A stretch of DNA of 64,000 nucleotides, taken from NCBI GenBank assembly GCA_016937695.1, contig JAFGWC010000069.1, positions 13,244 to 77,243 on the forward strand, given 5' to 3'. The number at the start of each line of letters is the position of its first letter. The stretch's first letter is position 1. This DNA comes from Bacteroidales bacterium. GTDB lineage: Bacteria; Bacteroidota; Bacteroidia; Bacteroidales; NBLH01. Shown here piece after piece: positions 10,374 to 20,205 of this stretch. The notes beneath the pieces were generated by a model. That model was not told where the DNA came from, ran no database searches, and saw nothing but the letters and a program-made list of their open reading frames with translations. A program made the translations under genes and the position numbers.

Positions 10374-10407
10374 AACTCGTTTCAATTTTTGAAACGAGTT
10401 TTTTATT
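10374..10407 (+). terminator. rho-independent terminator downstream of gldJ
   Basis: Perfect 10-bp stem aactcgtttc (10374-10383) / gaaacgagtt (10391-10400) with a 7-nt loop, followed by ttttatt. Confidence 0.8.
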
Positions 10408-10537
10408 GTTTAATAATTTGAAATGCTTAGATTATATTATTCTTTTGCATAAAAGTATGAGAATCAATATTTGTATTATAAATATTTACGTGTTTAAATT
10501 ATCAATTTTTTGTCTAATATGAAAATTGTATAAATAT

Positions 10538-11821
10538 ATGAAAATAAGCGAGTTACATAAAATATTCTTGAAGTCTGAAGGCATTGCAACTGATACAAGA
10601 AAAGTTAATATTAATGCGATTTTTTTTGCACTAAAAGGTGAAAATTTTGACGGTAATAAGTTTGCCTTAAAAGCAATAGATTCAGGTGCGGTTTATTCTA
10701 TAATTGATAATAAAAAATACTTTACTGATGAAAAAACAATATTGGTAGATGATGTGTTAAAAACATTGCAGAATTTAGCTAAATTTCATCGAGATTATCT
10801 CGCTATTCCGATATTAGCAATTACAGGAACAAATGGCAAAACAACTACTAAAGAGCTTATAAGAGAAGTATTATCTATTAAATATAATGTTTCAGCTACA
10901 ATTGGAAACTTAAATAATCATATAGGCGTACCATTGACACTTTTATCGATGAATAAAAAAACAGAAATTGGCATTGTTGAAATGGGTGCTAATCATGTTG
11001 GAGAAATTAAGGCACTTTGTGAAATTGCAAACCCAAATTTTGGACTAATTACAAATATTGGACGTGCTCATATTCAAGGGTTTGGCTCGTTTGAAGGAGT
11101 AATTAAAGCTAAGAGTGAAATGTATGACTTTATTAATCAAAGAGGCGATGCCGTTTTCTTAAATATTGATGATCAATTGCTGAGCAAGCTTTCAGTAAGC
11201 TTAAAAAAAATCAGTTATGGCAGTAAAAATGATGCTGATTATATTGCACAAACTATTGATTCTAATCCCTTTCTAAAATTAAACTGGCAAAATAATATTA
11301 TAAATACAAAATTAGTTGGGTCGTATAATTTTTATAATGTTTTAGCTGCAATAGCTGTTGGTAGTTTTTTTGAAGTGCCTGATAATAATATAATTGAAGC
11401 TATAGAAAACTATTCCCCACAAAATAATCGTTCTCAATTATTAAAAACTCAAAAAAATACTTTAATAGTTGATGCCTATAATGCTAATCCAAGCAGTATG
11501 AATCTGGCAATAAAAAATTTTGTTGAAATAAAAAAATCAGGCAAAGTATTAATATTAGGAGATATGTTCGAGCTTGGAAATGATAGTATTGATGAGCACA
11601 TTAAAATTATTGATTTGATAAATAATTATAAATTTGATAATGTTATTTTAGTTGGGAAAGACTTTTTTAGACAATCTGAGTTGAAACAAAACAAATATTT
11701 GTATTTTAAAAATACTGACGAATTAGTTGTTTATATAAAAAATAAGCCTTTAACAAATAAATATATATTGTTAAAGGCTTCAAGAGGCATTATGCTTGAA
11801 AAAGTAATTGAATATTTGTGA
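10538..11821 (+). CDS. murF: UDP-N-acetylmuramoyl-tripeptide--D-alanyl-D-alanine ligase
   Basis: Mur ligase P-loop ITGTNGKTTTKE, plus DAYNANPSSM and the overall MurF architecture. The ATG at 10538 is preferred over the TTG at 10526. Confidence 0.9.
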   Translation: MKISELHKIFLKSEGIATDTRKVNINAIFFALKGENFDGNKFALKAIDSGAVYSIIDNKKYFTDEKTILVDDVLKTLQNLAKFHRDYLAIPILAITGTNGKTTTKELIREVLSIKYNVSATIGNLNNHIGVPLTLLSMNKKTEIGIVEMGANHVGEIKALCEIANPNFGLITNIGRAHIQGFGSFEGVIKAKSEMYDFINQRGDAVFLNIDDQLLSKLSVSLKKISYGSKNDADYIAQTIDSNPFLKLNWQNNIINTKLVGSYNFYNVLAAIAVGSFFEVPDNNIIEAIENYSPQNNRSQLLKTQKNTLIVDAYNANPSSMNLAIKNFVEIKKSGKVLILGDMFELGNDSIDEHIKIIDLINNYKFDNVILVGKDFFRQSELKQNKYLYFKNTDELVVYIKNKPLTNKYILLKASRGIMLEKVIEYL

Positions 11822-11826
11822 AAAAA

Positions 11827-12264
11827 TTAATCCGTTTTCCTCTCAAATTCTAATATTTTCTCTTTTTCCTCATCTGTAATTTGGTTTGGAAGACCAGTTT
11901 TTTGATCTATTGAAACTAAGATTACTTTTGAGTGTGAAACAATCTTATCACTTTCATTCTCATTATTTACAACAAATATTGTTGTGAGTTCAAAACTTTT
12001 GTTTCCTATATTGCTTAATTTAGTATAAGCTGATAATTTATCGTTATAAAAAACTGGTTTTAAGTAGTTTATCTCAATTTTAGCAACTACAGAACTAAAT
12101 TCTAAAGCACTTTTCCATTTAAATACAGACTTGTGGTAATCAATTCTAGCTTCTTCAAGAAAAGATAAATATGCTTTATTATTAACATGCCCATAAGTAT
12201 CTAAGTCATCATACCTTAATTTAATATCAATTACATGTTTAAAATCTTTAATGTTTATTTCCAT
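11827..12264 (-). CDS. acyl-CoA thioesterase (4HBT/YbgC-like hotdog fold)
   Basis: 145 aa. The N-terminal pattern RYDDLDTYGHVNNKAYLSFLEEAR is typical of YbgC/4HBT thioesterases. Confidence 0.75.
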   Translation of the reverse strand: MEINIKDFKHVIDIKLRYDDLDTYGHVNNKAYLSFLEEARIDYHKSVFKWKSALEFSSVVAKIEINYLKPVFYNDKLSAYTKLSNIGNKSFELTTIFVVNNENESDKIVSHSKVILVSIDQKTGLPNQITDEEKEKILEFERKTD

Positions 12265-12344
12265 AATATTTTTAGTAAAAGCTTAATAAATATTGGATAA
12301 ATATAAAATATTATAAATTAAGTAACAAAATAATAAAAAAATAC

Positions 12345-12375
12345 TTTGCATGCATAATATTTTTTCATAAATTTG
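12345..12375 (+). promoter_or_regulatory. Bacteroidota-type promoter for the marR-fad cluster (-33 TTTG, -7 TAnnTTTG), overlapped by repeated TGCA-rich operator-like sites
   Basis: TTTG at 12345-12348 and TAAATTTG at 12368-12375 are separated by a 19-nt spacer. The start codon is at 12408. The repeated motif tttgcatgcataat (12345-12358) / tttgcaatgcaagcataat (12372-12390) coincides with both boxes. Confidence 0.4.
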
Positions 12376-12407
12376 CAATGCAAGCATAATAAATTTAATT
12401 TTTAAAA

Positions 12408-12869
12408 ATGGTTTTGAAAGAAACAGTGGATTTTCATATTAAGTCAACATGGCATTCAATAACAAGAATGTATAATCTTTTTGCGTCAGAATTTTCTTTG
12501 TCACAAACAATTGGTTACGTGTTGATAAATATAGAAAAAGAAGGAACACCAGCTACAAAAATAGCACCTCTAATGGGCATGGAACCAACAAGCCTTAGTA
12601 GATTACTTAAAAACATGGAAGATAATGGATTAATATACAGAAAAGGAGATGAAACCGATAAACGAATTGTGAGAATTTACTTAACAGAAACAGGAATTGA
12701 AAAAAGGAAAATAGCAAAACAAACTATTTTAGATTTTAATACTAAACTTATTAATAGAATAAATGAAAAAGATATGAATGTTTTTATTAAAGTGTTAACA
12801 TGCATAAAAGAACAAGTAAATCTTGATATCTCTGAATTTCAGTCAAAAATAAATAACAATAATAAATAA
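12408..12869 (+). CDS. MarR-family transcriptional regulator
   Basis: 153 aa. The winged-helix region reads ...ATKIAPLMGMEPTSLSRLLKNMEDNGLIYRKGDETDKRIVRIYLTETG. Confidence 0.85.
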   Translation: MVLKETVDFHIKSTWHSITRMYNLFASEFSLSQTIGYVLINIEKEGTPATKIAPLMGMEPTSLSRLLKNMEDNGLIYRKGDETDKRIVRIYLTETGIEKRKIAKQTILDFNTKLINRINEKDMNVFIKVLTCIKEQVNLDISEFQSKINNNNK

Positions 12870-12895
12870 TCAATTTTTAAATTAACAATAGAATT

Positions 12896-15298
12896 ATGAC
12901 ACGTAGGATAAACAAAGTCGCAGTATTAGGGTCCGGTGTAATGGGCTCTGGAATTGCCTGTCATTTCGCTAATATTGGTCTAGAGGTATTATTGGTTGAT
13001 ATAGTACCTAGAGAGCTGAATGATATGGAAAAAAAGAAAGGATTAACTTTAAACGATAAATCTGTTAGAAACAGAATCGTAAATGATGCTCTAACAGCAG
13101 CATTAAAGTCTAAACCTTCGCCAATCTATAAGCAATCGTTTGCAAGTAGAATTACTACAGGTAATTTTGATGATGATTTACCTAAAATTAAAGATTTTGA
13201 TTGGGTAATAGAAGTCGTTGTTGAGAGATTGGATATAAAACAAGCTGTTTTTGAAAATGTTGAGAAATTCAGAAAAAAAGGCAGTCTAATAACAACAAAT
13301 ACTTCAGGAATCTCAATAGAAGCAATGACTGAAGGCAGAAGTGAAGATTTCCAAAAACATTTTTGTGGAACTCACTTTTTTAATCCACCACGTTATTTAC
13401 AACTTTTTGAAATTATTCCTTCAACAAAAACAGCTCCTGAAGTTATTAATTTCTTAGGTGAATATGCAGGAAAATTTTTAGGTAAAACTACAGTTCACGC
13501 TAAAGATACTCCTGCTTTTATAGCTAACAGAGTTGGTACCTTCTCAATAATGGAACTTTTCAATAATGTTAAAGAATTAGGATTAACAATTCCTGAAATT
13601 GACAAACTAACAGGCCCAGTTATTGGTAGAGCAAAATCAGCTACTTTTAGAACTGCTGATGTAGTTGGCTTAGACACTCTTGTTCACGTTGCTGATAACA
13701 TAAGAGAAACTACAAAAGACGAATCAAAGGATGTGTTTAAAATCCCTGATTATTTGCAAAAAATGTTAGATAATAAATGGTTAGGATCAAAAACACAACA
13801 AGGCTTCTTTAAGAAAGTTGTTGAAGACGGCAAGAAAAAATTCCTTACTCTTGATTTCAACACTATGGAATATGTTGAAACACCTAGACCAAACTTTCCT
13901 GTTTTTGAAAAAACGAAAGGAATTGATGATTTACGTGAAAGAATGAGAATTTTGATGGCTGACAAAGGAAAAGCAGGTGATTTTTATAGAGCTTCGTTTT
14001 ACAGTTTATTTCAATTTGTTTCAAATCGTATTCCTGAAATATCTGACGAATTATATAAAGTAGATGATGGATTAAATGCAGGTTTTGGTTGGAAATTAGG
14101 GCCATTTCAAACTTGGGATGCTATTGGAGTTGAAAGTACTGTAAAAGCAATGGAATCTGCTGGTAAAAAAGCTGCAAATTGGGTTTATGACATGCTTAAA
14201 GCTGGCGCAACTTCATTCTACAAAGTAGAAAATGGGAAAAAGATGTTCTATAATGTTCCAACTAAATCATATTTGGAAATTCCAGGACAAGATGAAATAC
14301 TCTCTTTAGAAGTATTAAGGGAAACTAATATTATTTGGAAAAATACAGACACAACAATTGTTGATTTAGGTGATGGTGTTCTAAATATTGAATTTCATAC
14401 AAAAATGAATACAATTGGTGCAGGCGTATTAGAAGGTTTAAATAAAGCAATTGATTTAGCCGAAGCAGATTATAAAGCTTTAGTGATTTCAAATGATGGC
14501 GAACATTTTTCAGCAGGTGCAAATGTAGGAATGATTTTTATGCTTGCCGTTGAGCAAGAGTGGGAAGAATTAAATTTTGCAGTTCAAATGTTCCAAAAAA
14601 CAACAATGAGACTAAGATATTCTTCAATTCCTGTTATTGCTGCACCTCATGGAATGGCTTTAGGTGGTGGATGCGAAGTTTGTTTACACTCAGATAAAGT
14701 TATTGCACACGCAGAAACTTATATGGGATTAGTTGAATTTGGAGTAGGTCTTATCCCAGGTGGTGGTGGAACAAAAGAATTTGCGCTAAGATTATCTGAT
14801 GAATTAAAAGATGGCGATATCAGAACTAATGCATTTACAAATAGATTTTTAACAATAGGACAAGCAAAAGTTTCAACTTCTGCTTATGAAGCCTTTGATC
14901 TTGGTTTTTTAAGACATGGTGTAGATGAAGTAATTGTTAGTAGAGCTCATCAGTTGGCTTATGCTAAAAAAGTTGCTTTAAATATGGCTGAAAAAGGATA
15001 TTCAAAACCAGCTCCAAGAAATGATATTAAAATTCTTGGTAGAGAAGCTCTAGGTTTAGTTTACGTAGGTGCAGATGGAATGGCATTAGGAAATTATATG
15101 TCTGAGCATGATAAATTAATAGCAGAAAAATTAGGAACTGTTATTGCAGGTGGCGATATATCGCAAAATCTAACTGAAGTTTCTGAACAATATTTACTTG
15201 ATATTGAAAGGAAAACTTTTGTGGAACTTTGTATGCAAAAGAAAACTCTTGAAAGAATGCAAAGTTTAATTACTAAAGGTCAAATTCTTAGAAATTAA
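12896..15298 (+). CDS. bifunctional 3-hydroxyacyl-CoA dehydrogenase / enoyl-CoA hydratase
   Basis: 800 aa. The N-terminal NAD-binding motif is VAVLGSGVMGSGIA. The C-terminal crotonase-like region contains ISNDGEHFSAGANVG. The domain order is HCDH first, then ECH. Confidence 0.9.
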   Translation: MTRRINKVAVLGSGVMGSGIACHFANIGLEVLLVDIVPRELNDMEKKKGLTLNDKSVRNRIVNDALTAALKSKPSPIYKQSFASRITTGNFDDDLPKIKDFDWVIEVVVERLDIKQAVFENVEKFRKKGSLITTNTSGISIEAMTEGRSEDFQKHFCGTHFFNPPRYLQLFEIIPSTKTAPEVINFLGEYAGKFLGKTTVHAKDTPAFIANRVGTFSIMELFNNVKELGLTIPEIDKLTGPVIGRAKSATFRTADVVGLDTLVHVADNIRETTKDESKDVFKIPDYLQKMLDNKWLGSKTQQGFFKKVVEDGKKKFLTLDFNTMEYVETPRPNFPVFEKTKGIDDLRERMRILMADKGKAGDFYRASFYSLFQFVSNRIPEISDELYKVDDGLNAGFGWKLGPFQTWDAIGVESTVKAMESAGKKAANWVYDMLKAGATSFYKVENGKKMFYNVPTKSYLEIPGQDEILSLEVLRETNIIWKNTDTTIVDLGDGVLNIEFHTKMNTIGAGVLEGLNKAIDLAEADYKALVISNDGEHFSAGANVGMIFMLAVEQEWEELNFAVQMFQKTTMRLRYSSIPVIAAPHGMALGGGCEVCLHSDKVIAHAETYMGLVEFGVGLIPGGGGTKEFALRLSDELKDGDIRTNAFTNRFLTIGQAKVSTSAYEAFDLGFLRHGVDEVIVSRAHQLAYAKKVALNMAEKGYSKPAPRNDIKILGREALGLVYVGADGMALGNYMSEHDKLIAEKLGTVIAGGDISQNLTEVSEQYLLDIERKTFVELCMQKKTLERMQSLITKGQILRN

Positions 15299-15382
15299 AG
15301 AACTCTTTTTTTTATAAAGATTTTCTAAAATCTAATAATTATTATCTGAAATTTATTATTTAAATTTAAAAGAATATAAAAA

Positions 15383-16555
15383 ATGAACGCATATATAGTA
15401 GGAGGATATCGCTCAGCAATAGGTAAAGCTCCCCGAGGTGCATTTCGATTTACACGCCCGGATGATATTGCCGCAGTTGTTATTAAGCATTTATTAAATG
15501 ACTTTCCTCAAATAGAAAAAACAAGGATAGACGAAGTTGTAGTTGGTAACGCTTTCCCTGAGGCAGAATCAGGTTTTAATATGGGAAGAATGCTTTCTCT
15601 TATGTCAATGGGTAATGTTGAAGTTCCTGGCTCTACAGTAAACAGATATTGTGCATCAGGTATTGAATCAATAGCTATCGCATCTGCTAAAATTAGTGCA
15701 GGAATTGCTGATATTATTGTTGCAGGAGGTGCCGAATCAATGTCTATGATTTCAATGGGTGGTTGGCGACAAGTACCTAATCCTGAGATTGCAATGAATA
15801 ATCCAAGATGGTATTTAAGCATGGGATTAACTTCTGAAATGGTTGCTAGAGAATATAAAATATCTAGAGAAGAATTAGATATCTTTGGTGCAAAATCAGT
15901 TGATAAAGCACTTGCTGCAATCGAAGCTGGTAAATTTAAAGACGAAATTGTACCTATTACAGTTAAAGAAAATTATTTTGACGATGGCAAAGTTAAAAGT
16001 AGAGAGTACATTATGGATACTGATGAAGGACCAAGAAAAGGGACAACAGTTGAGTCATTATCAAGATTAAGACCAGCTTTTGCTGCTGATGGTACATCAA
16101 CCGCTGGAAACTCCTCTCAAATGTCTGATGGCGCAGGATTTGTTTTAGTTGTGTCTGAAAAAATTCTAAAAGAATATAATTTAACGCCAATTGCAAGATT
16201 AGTTGACTATCAAGTTGCTGGTGTAGAGCCATATAAAATGGGTGTTGGACCAATGGCTGCTATTCCAAAAGTGCTGAAACATGCAGGAATGAAATTGAAT
16301 GATATGGATTTAATTGAGTTAAACGAAGCTTTTGCAACTCAATCACTTGCTGTTATTAAAGAGCTTGGTATCAATACGGATATTCTTAATGTAAATGGTG
16401 GTGCAATTGCTTTAGGACATCCACTTGGTGCAACTGGTGCAAAATTAACTGTACAGATTTTAAATGAGCTGAAAAAGCGAAATAAGAAATATGGAATGGT
16501 AACTATGTGTATTGGTACTGGACAAGGTGCAGCAGGGATATACGAATTGCTATAA
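15383..16555 (+). CDS. fadA: acetyl-CoA C-acyltransferase (3-ketoacyl-CoA thiolase)
   Basis: Thiolase motifs are present: active-site [36 protein letters not shown] and CIGTGQG. Confidence 0.9.
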   Translation: MNAYIVGGYRSAIGKAPRGAFRFTRPDDIAAVVIKHLLNDFPQIEKTRIDEVVVGNAFPEAESGFNMGRMLSLMSMGNVEVPGSTVNRYCASGIESIAIASAKISAGIADIIVAGGAESMSMISMGGWRQVPNPEIAMNNPRWYLSMGLTSEMVAREYKISREELDIFGAKSVDKALAAIEAGKFKDEIVPITVKENYFDDGKVKSREYIMDTDEGPRKGTTVESLSRLRPAFAADGTSTAGNSSQMSDGAGFVLVVSEKILKEYNLTPIARLVDYQVAGVEPYKMGVGPMAAIPKVLKHAGMKLNDMDLIELNEAFATQSLAVIKELGINTDILNVNGGAIALGHPLGATGAKLTVQILNELKKRNKKYGMVTMCIGTGQGAAGIYELL

Positions 16556-16564
16556 ATTTAGATA

Positions 16565-16604
16565 GACCTTTGAGTGTGCATTGCGCCTCAAAGCGTCTTT
16601 TTTT
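16565..16604 (+). terminator. rho-independent terminator downstream of the thiolase gene
   Basis: Stem gacctttgag (16565-16574) / ctcaaag(c)gtc (16587-16597), 10 bp with one bulge and a 12-nt loop, followed by 7 T. Confidence 0.65.
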
Positions 16605-16672
16605 AATTGTTGATTTTCGATTGAGATAATCACCAAAATAAAAATTAAAATAAATTAATTAAAAAAAACAAA

Positions 16673-18454
16673 ATGAGTAAAAAAAATATAAAAGGTGGCG
16701 AGTTTTTAGTTAGAGAAACACCATGCGAAGAGATCTTTATACCTGAAGAATTTAATGAGGAGCAAAGAATGATGGCTCAAACTTGTTATGACTTTACAGA
16801 AACAAGGATTTTTCCTATTATTGACGATCTTGATAAACATGATAGAGTATTATTAAGAAAATTAATGGACGAAGCCGGAGAACTTGGACTTCTTGGAGTG
16901 TCAGTTCCAGAGGAATATAATGGTTTTGGTCAAAATTTTGTAACTTCGATGCTTACAGCTGAAGCAATGGGCGGAAGCTTTTCTTTTGCTGTAGCATTTT
17001 CTGCACATACAGGTATTGGTACATTACCAATTCTTTATTATGGAACTGAAGCTCAAAAAAAAGAATATGTTTCTAAATTAGCTACAGGCGAATATGTTGG
17101 AGCTTATTGTTTAACTGAGCCAGAAGCAGGTTCTGATGCAAATTCAGGCAAATCAAAAGCAATTTTAAGCGAAGATGGAAAAGAATACACTTTAAATGGT
17201 GTTAAAATGTGGATTACTAATGGAGGTATTGCAGATGTTTTAATTGTATTTGCTAAAATTAATGACGATAAAAATTTAAGTGCTTTTATCGTTGACGCTA
17301 AAGCTAAAGGTGTTACTATTGGTGCAGAAGAAGAAAAATTAGGAATTAAAGGATCTTCAACTGTTCAAGTTTATTTTGAAAATGTAAAAGTTCCTGCAGA
17401 GAATATTTTAGGTAAAAGAGACAATGGTTTTAAGATTGCTTTATATATTCTTAATCTTGGTAGAATTAAGTTAGGAGCTGCTGTATTAGGCGCTTCTAAA
17501 GGTCTTATTACCTATTCTGTAAATTATGCAAATGAAAGAAAACAATTTGGCAAAGTAATTGCAACTTTTGGCGCAATTAAATATAAAATTGCTGAAATGG
17601 CAATTAGGACATTTGCAGGCGAGTCTTTAACATACCGGGCAAGTCAAAATATTGATGATGAAATCCAAGAACTTGTTAAAGGCGGAATGAATAAAGATGA
17701 AGCAATAATTGAAGGAATTAGACAATATGCAATTGAAGCTTCTATTTCAAAAGTTTTCACATCAGAAGGTTTAGATTATTGTGCTGATGAAGGTGTTCAG
17801 ATTTTTGGAGGTATGGGATATTCTGCTGAAACACGTGTTGAAAAAGCGTATCGTGATTCAAGAATTAACCGAATTTTTGAAGGAACTAATGAAATTAACC
17901 GAATGGTTATTGTTGCTGAAATTTTAAAACGAGCTTTCAAAGGGGAGATTGATTTATTAAATCCTGCAAAAGAAGTTGCAAAAGAGCTAATGGGAATTCC
18001 TGATTTTGGAAGTTCAACAATGGATTATTTTGAAGAAAAATTAAACTCTATTAAAAACTTCAAGAAATCAATTTTAATGGTTTCTGGTGCTGCACTTCAA
18101 AAATATGGTCCAAAACTTACTGAAGAACAAGAGCTTTTGTTCAATGCTGCAAATATGATTATGGGAACTTATGCCGCTGAGTCAATGGCTCTTAGAGTTC
18201 AGAAAATGAGCAAAACAATGGATGAAAGCAAATTAAGTCTTTATAAAGATATGCTTGATGTTTATGTTTATGATATGGCTTCAAAAATTAACAAAGAAGG
18301 TATTGATGCTATAAACGCTTTTGTTGAAGGAGATGAGCAACAAGCTATGCTTATGGGAATGAAACGTTTTACAAAAGTTGCTCCAGTTAATGTTATTGCT
18401 GCAAGAAGAAATATTGCAGATAAGTTAATTGAAGACAATAAATACAGCTTTTAG
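16673..18454 (+). CDS. acyl-CoA dehydrogenase (long form with C-terminal extension)
   Basis: 593 aa. Motifs include AYCLTEPEAGSDA, KMWITNGG and IFGGMGYS...YRDSRINRIFEGTNEI. Confidence 0.9.
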   Translation: MSKKNIKGGEFLVRETPCEEIFIPEEFNEEQRMMAQTCYDFTETRIFPIIDDLDKHDRVLLRKLMDEAGELGLLGVSVPEEYNGFGQNFVTSMLTAEAMGGSFSFAVAFSAHTGIGTLPILYYGTEAQKKEYVSKLATGEYVGAYCLTEPEAGSDANSGKSKAILSEDGKEYTLNGVKMWITNGGIADVLIVFAKINDDKNLSAFIVDAKAKGVTIGAEEEKLGIKGSSTVQVYFENVKVPAENILGKRDNGFKIALYILNLGRIKLGAAVLGASKGLITYSVNYANERKQFGKVIATFGAIKYKIAEMAIRTFAGESLTYRASQNIDDEIQELVKGGMNKDEAIIEGIRQYAIEASISKVFTSEGLDYCADEGVQIFGGMGYSAETRVEKAYRDSRINRIFEGTNEINRMVIVAEILKRAFKGEIDLLNPAKEVAKELMGIPDFGSSTMDYFEEKLNSIKNFKKSILMVSGAALQKYGPKLTEEQELLFNAANMIMGTYAAESMALRVQKMSKTMDESKLSLYKDMLDVYVYDMASKINKEGIDAINAFVEGDEQQAMLMGMKRFTKVAPVNVIAARRNIADKLIEDNKYSF

Positions 18455-18476
18455 TAATATTAATAATATTGGTTAT

Positions 18477-18515
18477 AACTCCGGAAGATTAAATTATTCT
18501 TTCGGAGTTTTTTTA
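18477..18515 (+). terminator. rho-independent terminator downstream of the acyl-CoA dehydrogenase gene
   Basis: Stem aactccggaag (18477-18487) / ctttcggagtt (18499-18509) with one mismatch, followed by a T-run. Confidence 0.55.
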
Positions 18516-18621
18516 AAACAAAATATATAAAGTTATCTGTATATTTAAATGTTAATTTGTTGTATAAATAACAACAAATTGTTTAAAACATGGTCTTTAC
18601 CTTAATTTTAAGATGTAAATT

Positions 18622-19104
18622 ATGAATAAAAAAGAAAAATTAATTAAAGATATTGGAAATAGGTTTAAAATGAAACTGTTTATGTTAATGAAACTTCCTT
18701 TGGGATTTTTTACAGGCCTAAGAGTTGTGAAAATTACTGAAGAAATGGCATCTGTTACAATACCATTTAAAAATTTGAATAAAAACCCTTTTCAATCAAT
18801 ATATTTTGCTGCACTGGCAATGGCAGCTGAATTATCAACCGGTGTATTAGCAATGGCTTCTATCAAAGGTTCTGGGAAAAATGTTTCAATGTTGGTTTAT
18901 GATATGAGTGCTAATTTTTCAAAAAAAGCAAAAGGTAGAATTACTTTTACTTGTAATCAAGGTAGAGAAATTAGCGAGACAGTTGAAGAAAGCATGAGGA
19001 CAAATGAAGGTAAAACAGTTTCTGTTAATACTATTGGAATTGATAAAGATGGTGATGAAGTAGCACGCTTTATTTTTACTTGGACTTTTAAACCTAAATT
19101 GTAA
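18622..19104 (+). CDS. DUF4442-like hotdog-fold (thioesterase-like) protein
   Basis: 160 aa. Size and sequence pattern (...SIYFAALAMAAELSTGVLAM...) resemble the DUF4442/PaaI-like family. Assigned from memory of the family, not a search. Confidence 0.55.
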   Translation: MNKKEKLIKDIGNRFKMKLFMLMKLPLGFFTGLRVVKITEEMASVTIPFKNLNKNPFQSIYFAALAMAAELSTGVLAMASIKGSGKNVSMLVYDMSANFSKKAKGRITFTCNQGREISETVEESMRTNEGKTVSVNTIGIDKDGDEVARFIFTWTFKPKL

Positions 19105-19140
19105 TGTAATTTAGCTTGAACAATTTATTTGATGCTTTAA

Positions 19141-20028
19141 TTAATATCCCTTTTTTTTCAAGTCTTTAACTATTTTATATACAAACATTTCAGCATCAAA
19201 ACTGCTTGATTTACTGACGAATTTCATACCCACAATATCAAAATGAGATATGCCGTAAGCTTCATTGCTTTTTACAATCCCTTTGAAATCTCCCCATTTA
19301 TATGAATATGAAGAAACAACGCAGTCGTTATCACCTTCAGCTTTTTGCATTATTTCATGCTGAACTTTAACAATCCAACTCGGATAATTATCATTTACTA
19401 TACTTCCATAACTTTGATAATAAACTTGAGGCATATTAGGCACTGATTTATTAAAATCTTTCATGTAATCAACCGTTAAATTTCTTGCAGATTCTATTGC
19501 GTTTGGATTATTGTCACCAATTAGTTTTGCATAAAAATTAGCAAGGCGATGTATCCTTTTCGTGAGATTTTTTTTATCTAAGAATGCTACAATAGTATCA
19601 GCCATGGAACTGCCTCTGTGTGGCGTTGATAATGTTGTTAGGCTTGCTACTTTATCAGCCATTTCTAGTTTTGTTATCATATATCTGGCTTCTATTCCTC
19701 CTTTTGAGTGAGCTATAATATTAACTTTATCTGATTTTGTTTCATTTAATATTTCTAATATCTTTTCTTTGATTTGTATTGCGTTATCGGAGTGAGAATT
19801 AAAAGCATTTTGATTTGAAAGATAAACTTTTCCTCCGTTTTCTTCAATTATTTTAGGAATATTGCTCCAATATTTAATAATTGGAACATCATCCCGATAA
19901 GCAACCCCATGAACAAAAACTATTGGATATTTTGTTGTACAATCATTTTTGTCTATTTCTTTAGGAGTAGAACACTGTAAAAATAGGCAAAAAAGTAGAA
20001 TAATTGCAGTATTATTAATATCATACAT
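19141..20028 (-). CDS. secreted triacylglycerol lipase/esterase (family I-like alpha/beta hydrolase), probable lipoprotein
   Basis: YPIVFVHG, YW..IP and KVNIIAHSKGG (a GxSxG variant) follow the layout of Pseudomonas/Bacillus family I lipases. It has an N-terminal signal with Cys. Confidence 0.7.
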   Translation of the reverse strand: MYDINNTAIILLFCLFLQCSTPKEIDKNDCTTKYPIVFVHGVAYRDDVPIIKYWSNIPKIIEENGGKVYLSNQNAFNSHSDNAIQIKEKILEILNETKSDKVNIIAHSKGGIEARYMITKLEMADKVASLTTLSTPHRGSSMADTIVAFLDKKNLTKRIHRLANFYAKLIGDNNPNAIESARNLTVDYMKDFNKSVPNMPQVYYQSYGSIVNDNYPSWIVKVQHEIMQKAEGDNDCVVSSYSYKWGDFKGIVKSNEAYGISHFDIVGMKFVSKSSSFDAEMFVYKIVKDLKKKGY

Positions 20029-20205
20029 ATAGCAAATATACGAAATTGAATTTTAATAATCTAGACTATCCTTATTTTATTTAAAAATTAGTAAGTATTT
20101 AATTGTTAGTTTGTTATAGCTATGCTTAATCAAAACTCAGATGTTTTATTACGATTAATATTCTTAATAGAATGTTTTTTATACACAAAACAAAAAAAAT
20201 ATAAT

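Noticed and set aside
10325-10522. 65-aa ORF in the gldJ-murF spacer.
   Set aside because: It starts inside gldJ, reads straight through the perfect 10-bp terminator hairpin, and translates to low-complexity I/L/F/K sequence. It is very likely non-coding.
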